Counted from the stretch's first letter, positions 1 to 8,286 are shown. The stretch is 21,839 bases of DNA from Bdellovibrionota bacterium (GCA_044356295.1 JBIKWN010000040.1:1-21839); one strand, 5' to 3'. Notes: generated by a model from the letters alone, not told the origin. Program-made: numbers and translations.

Positions 1-824
1 TCCTTATAGGTAGGATAAAGAAGCGTCGAAACATAACACTGCTTTAAAAGAGTGTTTGAAACTCGCTGGTTTCCAAGCATTAAAGGATCCAAAGTTTCAA
101 TGGCTTCTTCAAGCGATATAGAACTAGGATAAGAAAGTGAAAATTTATCACAATAAAAATCTACCACTTCTTTTTGAGTAGCATTGGAATCATCACAGAC
201 ACAAAGAGTCTGAGGAATCTTGCAATCCGGATCTATCAACACACTCAACGTTTGGCAGATATCATCAACATGAATTCTGTTCGTATACCTACTGCCATCT
301 CCAATAATTTTATAACGTCCACTTTGTATAGCATTACCAACTCCCCTTCCAGGACCATAGATACCAGGTAAACGAAGAGCACAAAAACTTTCAGAATGTT
401 TTTGATATTTTCTATACGCTTCCTCTACTGCAACTCGAGCTTCAGCCCTTTTATGTTTCGGTTCTAACGGAGTCGTCTCATTCACTATTGATCCATCAGT
501 TTTTCCAAACACACCAGTTGTACTCAAATACAAGATACGATCACTTTGAGACGAGCAACGCTCTATAAAAGAAAGATAACTATTTACCAAGGTAGAGGAA
601 GAACTATTTAAAAGAGGTGGCGGCACAGAATCAATAACACATGAAAAATGATCAGCTTTAAGAACAGCATCAATCTGCCGTTCTGCATCTGGGCTCATAA
701 AGTCTAGGATTGCCCTAGTAGTTATAATGCACCTTTCTCTTACCTCTTCAGATTGAAGTGCCAGAAACCTTTGAAGCGTATATCCTGCACCGACAATTAA
801 TATAGAATTTTCGTGAAAAGCCAT
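1..824 (-). CDS. NAD-dependent epimerase/dehydratase family (atypical SDR, YeeZ-like), 3' end truncated by the window edge
   Basis: Not in the ORF track; translated by hand at the start, part of the middle and the end. ATG at 824 gives MAFHENSILIVGAGY (Rossmann Gly motif), then YLSTTGVFGKTDGSIVNETTP..RAEARVAVEE, and near the edge GNQRVSNTLLK...LLYPTYK, a typical C-terminus for this family. Confidence 0.85.
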   Translation of the reverse strand, partial: MAFHENSILIVGAGYTLQRFLALQSEEVRERCIITTRAILDFMSPDAERQIDAVLKADHFSCVIDSVPPPLLNSSSSTLVNSYLSFIERCSSQSDRILYLSTTGVFGKTDGSIVNETTPLEPKHKRAEARVAVEEAYRKYQKHSESFCALRLPGIYGPGRGVGNAIQSGRYKIIGDGSRYTNRIHVDDICQTLSVLIDPDCKIPQTLCVCDDSNATQKEVVDFYCDKFSLSYPSSISLEEAIETLDPLMLGNQRVSNTLLKQCYVSTLLYPTYK

Positions 825-917
825 TTTTGAGGGATAAATAAAATTTTGGTATTCTTTCAGTTATAACACTTACTAAGCCAAGTTATTGTAAACTAATCTC
901 TTTAATATGTCCCCCGT

Positions 918-1952
918 ATGACTCATTCAGATTTCTCAATTATTTCAGTTTACAAGAAACAAACACCAGCTCGAAAACCTGTTTGGTTTATGAGGCAAGC
1001 AGGTCGTTACCTTCCAGAATATCAGGCAATCCGAAAAAAACATTCAATGCTTGAGGCAATTCAAACACCAGAACTTGCCGCCGAGATCACATTACAACCT
1101 CTCAGACGTTTTGACCTTGATGCAGCAATTATTTTTGCTGATATCTTAAATCCATTAATTGGTTTGGGAATTAAACTTGATTTCATTGAGAAAGAAGGTC
1201 CAAAGATCTTCAATCCTATTACGAGCAATCAAGACGTTTTAAATCTTATAGATGCAAATCCACTTGAAACGATTAGCTACACCTTAGAGGCGATTAAACA
1301 AGTTAAAGCAGAGTTGCTTCCCCGTTCGGTTCCCGTTCTTGGATTCTCTGGAGCCCCATTTACGTTATCAACATATCTTATTGAAGGAAAAACTTCACAC
1401 AGCCTTACCCATGTAAAACGATTTATTGGGGAACATCCAGACAGCTGGAATTTATTACAACAAAAATTAAAAAAATTCACGGTCAGTTATCTTTGTGCTC
1501 AGGCTTCTGCAGGGGTATCAGCAGTTCAGCTTTTTGATTCCTGGGCAGGATATGTTTCTCCATTTTTCTATGAGCGCTACGTTCTGCCGACATTAATTGA
1601 GCTCGTAAACGAATTTAAAGAAAAATCTGATATTCCAATTATTTATTTTTCAACTGGAACATCAGGAATGATTCCACTTCTTAAAAAAATTCCTGTTGAT
1701 GGTTTTAGTATTGATTGGCGAATGCCATTATCAAAAGCATCTGATGCGTTTGGAAATGATACGGTGCTTCAAGGAAACCTTGATCCCGAACTCATCGGTG
1801 GTGATAACGGTTTACTGAAAGATGAAGTTTCAAAAATTCTTACAGATGCTTCATCTTTAAAACATCATATTTTTAACTTAGGGCATGGCATACTTCCTCA
1901 TACGCCAATTAAAAATGTAGAGTCTGTTATTGATTTGGTGCGTCGTGGATGA
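918..1952 (+). CDS. hemE: Uroporphyrinogen decarboxylase
   Basis: Signatures PVWFMRQAGRYLPEY, DAAIIFADIL, GFSGAPFTL, QLFDSW, LQGNLDP, IFNLGHGILP. Confidence 0.97.
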   Translation: MTHSDFSIISVYKKQTPARKPVWFMRQAGRYLPEYQAIRKKHSMLEAIQTPELAAEITLQPLRRFDLDAAIIFADILNPLIGLGIKLDFIEKEGPKIFNPITSNQDVLNLIDANPLETISYTLEAIKQVKAELLPRSVPVLGFSGAPFTLSTYLIEGKTSHSLTHVKRFIGEHPDSWNLLQQKLKKFTVSYLCAQASAGVSAVQLFDSWAGYVSPFFYERYVLPTLIELVNEFKEKSDIPIIYFSTGTSGMIPLLKKIPVDGFSIDWRMPLSKASDAFGNDTVLQGNLDPELIGGDNGLLKDEVSKILTDASSLKHHIFNLGHGILPHTPIKNVESVIDLVRRG

Positions 1953-3303
1953 AGCTACTGTATTTGATGTCGTTATCATCGGTGCTGGAATCTCTGGGCT
2001 CATTGCTGCTTACGAATTAAAAAAAGCAGGAAAATCTGTTCTTGTTATCGAAAAATCATCGATTGCAGGTGGTTGTATTCGTACAAAAGTCATTGATGGC
2101 TTTACCCTTGAGCAAGGTGCAAATACTTTGGTTCTCACTCCTACGATTCACAAACTACTCAGTGAATTATCTTTACTAGATAAAGTATCTGAGCCTGCAT
2201 TTCAACCATTCAAACAATATGTGTGGTCAACGGCACACCATGCCCCAAGGGAAGTCCCAAGAAGTCCTGTTGCTCTTATAAAAACCGATCTCTTTACTTT
2301 TTCTGAAAAACTAAAACTGGTTTTTGGTCTTTTTAAAAAAATAACAGTCACTAAAGACGATTCAATCGCAAACATTTTTGGAAACCTTCTAGGCACTTCT
2401 GTTGTTCAAAAAGCTCTATCACCGGCACTTCGTGGGATTTTTGGAGGAGACACTTCGCGATTAAAACTTGCAGCAGTATTTCAACGAATTGCTGATTCAT
2501 TAAACAGCGGGGGAACTCTATTTTCTTATGCAAAAAAATTAAAAGGTAATAGACGGAAAATATTTCATCTTACCAACGGCAATAATCAGTTAGCTCTTGC
2601 TTTGGTTGATAAGATTGATGGTTCTATTATTTTGAATTCAGCGATTTCTCAGGTAACGAAGGTTGATTCCGGTTATGAAATTGTAGTTGAAGAAAATAAT
2701 CAAAGTACTTCAACAAAAAAGAATATTAAAACTTCCGTTTTATTACTTGCCAATAGTGGTCAGTCTCTTTCGAGCTTTCTTCATACATATTTTCAAGAAC
2801 AGATCCCAACACAGCGATTTGCACCAATTACTGCAGTGCATTTTGCTCAAAACAATAAAAAACCAATCCTCGAAAAAGCATTTGGTATTCTTTTCCCGAT
2901 TGAGAGTCCATTTTCAATAATCGGAGTCCTCTTTAATAGTGATCTTTTTCCTGATACTGCTCCAAATAACCAATCACTGATAACTGTTTGTATTGGTGGT
3001 GTTGATGGATTTGATGATAAAAACTTATCGGATGATGAAGTGTATGAGCTGTGTAAAAAAGATTTATACAGCTCTCTTCAGATAGAGCCCGATACCCTTT
3101 CTGCTCTTTCAATAATTCGCTGGACTCAAGCAATACCGCAATATGAACAGGATTTTTATAAACTCAATGCTGAACTTGATAGTATTGAAAAAAAATATCC
3201 GGGATTATTTTGTATCGGCGTTGATAGAGGTAGTGTTGGAATTCCCGACAGGATTGATAGAGTCTTGAGCTCTGTGCACTCCAGCTCCGTGTTTAAACAC
3301 TAG
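1945..3303 (+). CDS. hemY: FAD-dependent protoporphyrinogen/coproporphyrinogen oxidase (HemY family)
   Basis: VVIIGAGISGL FAD motif, GGCIRT..DGFTLEQGAN, AFGIL, RWTQAIPQY, GSVGIPDRI. Likely start is GTG at 1945 overlapping the hemE stop (ORF track starts at 1930). Confidence 0.9.
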   Translation: MDEATVFDVVIIGAGISGLIAAYELKKAGKSVLVIEKSSIAGGCIRTKVIDGFTLEQGANTLVLTPTIHKLLSELSLLDKVSEPAFQPFKQYVWSTAHHAPREVPRSPVALIKTDLFTFSEKLKLVFGLFKKITVTKDDSIANIFGNLLGTSVVQKALSPALRGIFGGDTSRLKLAAVFQRIADSLNSGGTLFSYAKKLKGNRRKIFHLTNGNNQLALALVDKIDGSIILNSAISQVTKVDSGYEIVVEENNQSTSTKKNIKTSVLLLANSGQSLSSFLHTYFQEQIPTQRFAPITAVHFAQNNKKPILEKAFGILFPIESPFSIIGVLFNSDLFPDTAPNNQSLITVCIGGVDGFDDKNLSDDEVYELCKKDLYSSLQIEPDTLSALSIIRWTQAIPQYEQDFYKLNAELDSIEKKYPGLFCIGVDRGSVGIPDRIDRVLSSVHSSSVFKH

Positions 3304-3726
3304 GGTGCCTCCCAGAAATCCAGTATAGAGAGTTGCCATACAGAGCAGCACAAGAACGATTCTGTAACTTTTTTGCATTAGTGCATCTTCGTATATCTTA
3401 TCAATAGCAAAACCCGCCGCTGCGACTAAACTGCCACCAAAAAAAATCCACCTCCCCCACTGATAATGGAGGGCAATAATATCTTCAGGGATCTTCGAAG
3501 CTTGTTCTGCAATATCTTGGGCTTGAAGCCCTGAAAAAAACGAACCGACCGAAAAAATAATAAATAAAAAACAAAGTGATCTGAATACAAGAAAATATGT
3601 TGATAGTTTTACCTGGGAGCTGTTTTTATCTAATACAAGAAAGTACGGCGCCAAAATATTTTCAGCAGCACAAAGCAACAAAGATAAAACAATTGGAAAA
3701 TGAGTCAGTACTGGGTGAAAATCCAT
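3205..3726 (-). CDS. DUF2231-like multi-pass membrane protein with conserved histidines
   Basis: N-terminal HPVLTHFPI, central ..ALH.., C-terminal TGFLGGTLVFKHGAGV; about four hydrophobic segments. Confidence 0.75.
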   Translation of the reverse strand: MDFHPVLTHFPIVLSLLLCAAENILAPYFLVLDKNSSQVKLSTYFLVFRSLCFLFIIFSVGSFFSGLQAQDIAEQASKIPEDIIALHYQWGRWIFFGGSLVAAAGFAIDKIYEDALMQKSYRIVLVLLCMATLYTGFLGGTLVFKHGAGVHRAQDSINPVGNSNTTSINADTK

Positions 3727-3765
3727 GCAACACAGAGATTATCATTAAAATTCGTTTGAGTCCCT

Positions 3766-4917
3766 CTATTTTGCTCGGAGCACAAGAATCGTTACATCAT
3801 CTTTCAGAATTCTTCCATCCAAAAAGCTCTTAAATGTTTTTTGAATGGTTTCTAATATATTTTGTGAAGAATGTTCCGCGGTTACTGTTTCAAGCACTTT
3901 CGTAATTCCTCCAAAGCCAAAAAACTCTTTCTTGCGATTTTGAGCTTCAGTAACACCATCGGTAACAACAACAAGAATATCACCAGATTGCATCGGTGTT
4001 GAATCGGTTGGATATTCGCCTTCCTCAAAAAAACCAAGTGGGAATCCATCACCTTTTAATTCCAAGATCTCTCGAGTCTGTAACTTGAGTAGCGCTGCTT
4101 GTGGTCCACCAGCGCGAGCAAAATAAAGCTTTTTCTGCTCAGGGTGATATAGATACGCATTCGCAGTAACAAACCTTCCCTGTGGAAGTACAGGAGCCAT
4201 CAGCTCATTCATACCTTTTAATAATTCACCAGGTGACTCTTTAGCAACTGCAACAAGAGCAAGTTTTGTCATACTTCCAATAAACGCAGCAGATAAGCCA
4301 TGTCCTGTTACATCAGTACTCAGTAACTGGACACCACCACCAACAGTTTTTTGTACGGTATAAAAATCCCCTCCAACTTCGTCTAGTGGATCATAGGCAA
4401 TGGATACTTCAAAAGTTTCATCAGAAGGAAGCTCTTTCGGAAGCAGTGCTTTTTGAATATTTCGAGCATCTTGAAGCTCTCTTATATGGCGCTCATTCAT
4501 GTCTCGAAGGGCAGCGTTTACTTCAGCAAGTGATGCCTTCTCTTCGTTACGACCAGACATTTTTCTAAGTCTCAGAAGTGTTGCTAGTTTTGAAACAATC
4601 GTCCCAAGAGAAAAAGGATGTTGCAGAACTTCGATTTTATCAAACAAGAGCTCTCTAATTTGCAATGTTTGTAATTTATCTGCGGCAAGGGCTAGGATTG
4701 GTATATCTCTGGTTTGCTCTTGAGAACGTAAGAATTCTATCCACTCGTGAATCTGTTTATCTTTTGTATCTTCGATAAGTGCGATATCAATAAACTCATC
4801 CCTAACTAACTCTGGAATAGATTTGCTGTCACTTTTTGTATGCAATTTGTAACCAGCTTTGGTCATGAAAGCAGTAAGTTTTGGGTCGACGTTCCCAATG
4901 AGAAGGATAGAGTCCAT
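3766..4917 (-). CDS. RsbU/SpoIIE-type PP2C phosphatase with degenerate N-terminal receiver domain and coiled-coil linker
   Basis: ARNIQKALLP, VGGDFY, DVTGHG, GFPLG, VTDGVTEA and DDVT motifs; N-terminus has a receiver-like pattern (DIPILAL, HPFS). Confidence 0.9.
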   Translation of the reverse strand: MDSILLIGNVDPKLTAFMTKAGYKLHTKSDSKSIPELVRDEFIDIALIEDTKDKQIHEWIEFLRSQEQTRDIPILALAADKLQTLQIRELLFDKIEVLQHPFSLGTIVSKLATLLRLRKMSGRNEEKASLAEVNAALRDMNERHIRELQDARNIQKALLPKELPSDETFEVSIAYDPLDEVGGDFYTVQKTVGGGVQLLSTDVTGHGLSAAFIGSMTKLALVAVAKESPGELLKGMNELMAPVLPQGRFVTANAYLYHPEQKKLYFARAGGPQAALLKLQTREILELKGDGFPLGFFEEGEYPTDSTPMQSGDILVVVTDGVTEAQNRKKEFFGFGGITKVLETVTAEHSSQNILETIQKTFKSFLDGRILKDDVTILVLRAK

Positions 4918-4962
4918 ATCGTTTAGATCCTATAACGTGTTATACTGATTCAAAAAGTTACC

Positions 4963-6267
4963 ATGATGCAAAAAACAGCTTTTGCCGCCGCAGCTATTTT
5001 TAGGTCCCACCTCACCTTGATCCTTATATGCGCTCTTTGCGTATCCCTGCCTGGTCTATATGGTGAAATATTTACCTATCCAGAGCTAAACGAAAAATTA
5101 CTAATTCTAATAACATCGTTTGTTCAAGAACTATTAAGTACTGCTTTCTTTATTTTTATCTTCTATCGAATACGGAAACAGGATCCATCACATCCACCAT
5201 TTTCCTTACATGCAATACTCCTCACTACTGCTTTCTATCAATTCGCATGGCTCATTAATCATCTTCCACTACTTTTAACGTTCTTACTAAAAACCGACCA
5301 AGACGTTTATGAGCGGCTGTCTTCAATGGCAGGAATGTCTTCATTATTTATCTCTTTTTCAATACTGTTCTGGGCATCGAGATACTATTTTATTTTTTGG
5401 CCTCTCCTTATTGAAGGAAAATCTTTAAAAGACAGCTTCAAAGCAACTTCACTTCAAAGTGAGCATTTAAATCGCCGTGCAGCACTACAAGTTGTTGCAA
5501 CTGCGCTCGTTATGTCTGCAATCGTAACGCAGTGTGCAGTAACTTTTTATCCACAACCTGAACATCCAATGGTGAAGATATTTGGAGATTTAGCAGATGG
5601 AATTTATTGGATCGTCATGACATGCCTTTGCATTGGATTTACAAGAGTTTTTGAAAAAAATATTAGTGATAGTTTTTCAATAACGAAAAATAACCAGCTT
5701 CTTGCAAACATATTTGGAGCAAAAGGACTTGGTAAAGCAATCGTATGTTTACTTTTATTATCTGGTTGGCAGCTGTATCGATTAACGGCTGCAGAACCAA
5801 CGGCCACATTTAAAACCTCGATTAGTTCGTTTAATGAAACAACTGGTTTTCTAACGGTTCATCTAGATGCAGTCGACGAGAAAAATCATTTTTCAAATTT
5901 TCAACCTCTGTTTTTGAGGATCGCCGGTGAAGACGGATTTATTTTGAGTGATAGCAGTGAACTTATCTCACCTTCACGGTATCCAGAGGAAATCCTCAAA
6001 GCCCCAGTCTCATTACAAATGACTATACGTTTTCGAATCAGTAATCGCAGAGAAGATTTTGTTCAATTAAAAGACGTCTACCTTTGGTACGGTACCCACC
6101 GCCTGTCTCCTCTTGACCTTAGTAACGTTCCAATTGAAACAACTCCTGAAGTGAATCAAGACGCAGGGCAAAAAAAAGCGCCCTTTGAGGGTTCATTGTC
6201 TTCAAAAACAATGAGCCTCGCGGGCGCCCCAAGTAATATCTTAGATATTACCAAGCTTGTGCTGTAG
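4963..6267 (+). CDS. Hypothetical membrane protein (about 6-7 TM segments plus a soluble C-terminal domain)
   Basis: 434-aa ORF with repeated hydrophobic segments in the first ~275 aa; no recognised motif. Confidence 0.7.
   Translation: MMQKTAFAAAAIFRSHLTLILICALCVSLPGLYGEIFTYPELNEKLLILITSFVQELLSTAFFIFIFYRIRKQDPSHPPFSLHAILLTTAFYQFAWLINHLPLLLTFLLKTDQDVYERLSSMAGMSSLFISFSILFWASRYYFIFWPLLIEGKSLKDSFKATSLQSEHLNRRAALQVVATALVMSAIVTQCAVTFYPQPEHPMVKIFGDLADGIYWIVMTCLCIGFTRVFEKNISDSFSITKNNQLLANIFGAKGLGKAIVCLLLLSGWQLYRLTAAEPTATFKTSISSFNETTGFLTVHLDAVDEKNHFSNFQPLFLRIAGEDGFILSDSSELISPSRYPEEILKAPVSLQMTIRFRISNRREDFVQLKDVYLWYGTHRLSPLDLSNVPIETTPEVNQDAGQKKAPFEGSLSSKTMSLAGAPSNILDITKLVL
6170..6227 (-). terminator. 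Intrinsic terminator of the histone gene
   Basis: Minus strand reads GCGCCC-gc-GAGG-c-TCATTGT-ttttgaag-ACAATGA-ac-CCTC-aaa-GGGCGC followed by T8, about 20 nt after the stop at 6248. Confidence 0.85.
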
Positions 6268-6502
6268 TTGGTGCTTCTACGTCACGTGCCATAACTGTCT
6301 TACGACCAGCATCTTTTGCCTTAGCAATTGCTTTATTGATTTCAACTTCAATAAGTTTTGTAAGTGCTTCTGGAACATCACCTGCAGTGTTCATTCCTGA
6401 GATTTCTTTGATGAACTTCTTAACTTTAGAAGTTACAACAAGAACTGTCCCTTCGTTTGCTGATGTTTCAGTTGTAGTGGTTGTTGTTTCTGTATTTTCC
6501 AT
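6248..6502 (-). CDS. Bacterial histone (Bd0055-like single histone fold) with N- and C-terminal extensions
   Basis: Core VLVVTSKVKKFIKE..GMNT....ALTKLIE...KA...AK..GRKTVMARD closely matches my recollection of Bdellovibrio Bd0055 and contains the histone-fold RKTV..(R)D motif. AGGAG RBS (6509-6513) lies 6 nt before the ATG; dedicated terminator downstream. Confidence 0.92.
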   Translation of the reverse strand: MENTETTTTTTETSANEGTVLVVTSKVKKFIKEISGMNTAGDVPEALTKLIEVEINKAIAKAKDAGRKTVMARDVEAPTTAQAW

Positions 6503-6701
6503 GGTTTTCTCCTAATTAAAATTTTCTTAAAAAAGTCTTATGCTTAAAACCCTCTTAATTTCGTTCTCACGAGCAAGCAGACGGTATCTCATGAAACCAT
6601 TCTACACAAACAATTCAGAGGGGTTTTTTTCAAATAGTAAAATTTAATATATAAATCATTGATTTTACTAAATAATTTTTGTTACCCTGTACCTCAAATT
6701 T

Positions 6702-7352
6702 ATGGGTAAAAAGCAGACTCGGGCAGGTGACCTCATCTTTTTTGCGATTCTTATCGGTACAGTCTCTCTTGCAGTGAGTGCCATGCAATCTATGTTTATC
6801 ATCTTTGAAAATGCTGATTATACACGTCTGCTGACATTCTTTTCTGGTGTTATTCTTGGCGGTGTCCTCTGTAGCCTCTTTGTTAAGGGTCACCTAGCCG
6901 TTTTTTTTCATGAACTAAAACATGCAATCGTAGCTCTTCTTGCCGGGAACTCTCCTAAGGGAATTAAGGTTGGTCAAGAATCAGGGCATTTTGAGTATTC
7001 ATTCACAGAAGATACAAAAAGCTATAATGCGTTTATTTTTCTTGCTCCATATACCCTACCCCTTTTTACAGTTATTTTATTAGGTTCCTGTATCTATCCT
7101 CTTTGGAATCAGCCATTAGCCCTACTTGCACTTGTTGGTCTTGGCTACGGAGTTGATGTCGTAAGTGGTATTCGAGATATCCATCCAGGACAAACTGATT
7201 TCTCATCACTGTATGGAGGGTTTGGAATTGGGATTGTCTATGTAACTGCCCTGCATGTTTTAATTTTCTTCTCGCTTCTTGCATGGTCTGCAGGCGGAAT
7301 TGCAACCCTTGAGATGTTTTGTAAAGGGATCTTTGGCGGACTTTTTTCTTAA
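6702..7352 (+). CDS. M50B-like intramembrane zinc metallopeptidase
   Basis: HExxH (FFHELKHA) within a hydrophobic segment, then SGH, FLAPY and a downstream QTDF; multiple TM helices. Confidence 0.75.
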   Translation: MGKKQTRAGDLIFFAILIGTVSLAVSAMQSMFIIFENADYTRLLTFFSGVILGGVLCSLFVKGHLAVFFHELKHAIVALLAGNSPKGIKVGQESGHFEYSFTEDTKSYNAFIFLAPYTLPLFTVILLGSCIYPLWNQPLALLALVGLGYGVDVVSGIRDIHPGQTDFSSLYGGFGIGIVYVTALHVLIFFSLLAWSAGGIATLEMFCKGIFGGLFS

Positions 7353-7459
7353 TAAGCTTCACTTTTTTTGAATAGAAAGCTGTTTTCAATTAACATCATT
7401 GAACAATTAAATACGTGCAGAAGTGTTAAGAAATGGCATCGCCACAGATAATCCATGGT

Positions 7460-7506
7460 TTTGGTGTCCTTAGACTTAAATAATTTTCAAGTGTAAGGAC
7501 ACCAAA
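7460..7506. repeat. Intergenic inverted repeat / hairpin
   Basis: TTTGGTGTCCTTA (7460-7472) pairs perfectly with TAAGGACACCAAA (7494-7506); extended inward by ACTT/AAGT after one mismatch. Confidence 0.85.
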
Positions 7507-7583
7507 GAGGTTGTCTAAAATCGCCCGTTTATTTTCTTTTTCAATGATGAGAGAGGAGATAGCGGGTAACGTGGAGTGAAGTT

Positions 7584-8189
7584 ATGTCAGATAAAAATGA
7601 TCAAACTAGATTATCTTCCTGGAAGGAAGAATTTGCAGCTGCTGAAGCTGCACTGAACACTAGGGACAGTGATGAAAGCAGTGATCTGCTGGATGATGAA
7701 CTGCAGGATGAGGAACTTTCAGCTCTCGAAGCTGAAGTTGAGGAAGGACTTCGGGAATTCCTTAATTCAGATGATTCCGGTGCAACTGCTGAAGGTGAAT
7801 CGCCTGTGCAAGTGGAACTCCCTCCTTATGATCTTGGTAAGCCGTTTAGCGATAAACGGAAAAGAACGATCGAGGGAAGCCAGGATGCAAGGAAGGGTCG
7901 AGCTAAAACTCGAAAAACCCTTGCATCCGCAGCAACATCCGCTCTTCTAACTGCGCATGAAGATGCCAAGAAGATAGATGGAATTGGATTGTTGATGGCA
8001 GCAACCGTTGTAAGTCTTAGGGCTTTTCAACAAAGCAATCCAAATACCGATCCGTCGCACAAGAAAACAGCAAAAAAGATCCTTAGGATCCAAGCTGCCT
8101 TTCAACAGCGACCAGGCTTTCTAAAGAAGCCACCAAAGGATAATCGTCGAGTAACAACGCCTCTCGAGGCTGAGCCCGTCGAAGCCTGA
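7584..8189 (+). CDS. Hypothetical protein, acidic N-terminal half and basic C-terminal half
   Basis: 201-aa ORF with a GGAG RBS upstream (gtggagtgaagttATG); no family recognised. Confidence 0.65.
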   Translation: MSDKNDQTRLSSWKEEFAAAEAALNTRDSDESSDLLDDELQDEELSALEAEVEEGLREFLNSDDSGATAEGESPVQVELPPYDLGKPFSDKRKRTIEGSQDARKGRAKTRKTLASAATSALLTAHEDAKKIDGIGLLMAATVVSLRAFQQSNPNTDPSHKKTAKKILRIQAAFQQRPGFLKKPPKDNRRVTTPLEAEPVEA

Positions 8190-8286
8190 GCCCGTCGAAG
8201 CCTGAGCCCGTCGAAGCTGTCTAAGCCTGAGCTTGTCGAAGGCAGCTTGTCGAAGGCAGCTTGTCGAAGGCAGCTTAATCGAAGGC
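8170..8286. repeat. Compound tandem repeat, REP-like
   Basis: 3 exact copies of CTGAGCCCGTCGAAGC (8170-8217), then 3 exact copies of AGCTTGTCGAAGGC (8230-8271) plus one degenerate copy (8272-8286). Confidence 0.95.

Noticed and set aside
174..371. 65-aa plus-strand ORF
   Set aside because: Antisense shadow of the SDR gene at 1-824.
4931..4944. Palindrome TATAAC-gt-GTTATA between divergent genes
   Set aside because: Short and AT-rich; explainable as overlapping -10 elements or chance, and no regulator can be assigned.
6546..6627. Imperfect inverted repeat AAAACCCTCT ... AGAGGGGTTTT upstream of the histone
   Set aside because: Only about 10 bp with a bulge and a ~60-nt loop in AT-rich DNA; too weak to call a structured RNA.
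6630..7389. Minus-strand ORFs 6630-6893 and 7072-7389
   Set aside because: Antisense to the M50B-like peptidase with no motifs; the same reasoning applies to the other 60-110 aa ORFs nested in recognised genes.
8170..8286. Possible CRISPR array
   Set aside because: Units are 14-16 bp and directly tandem with no unique spacers; no cas genes in the window.
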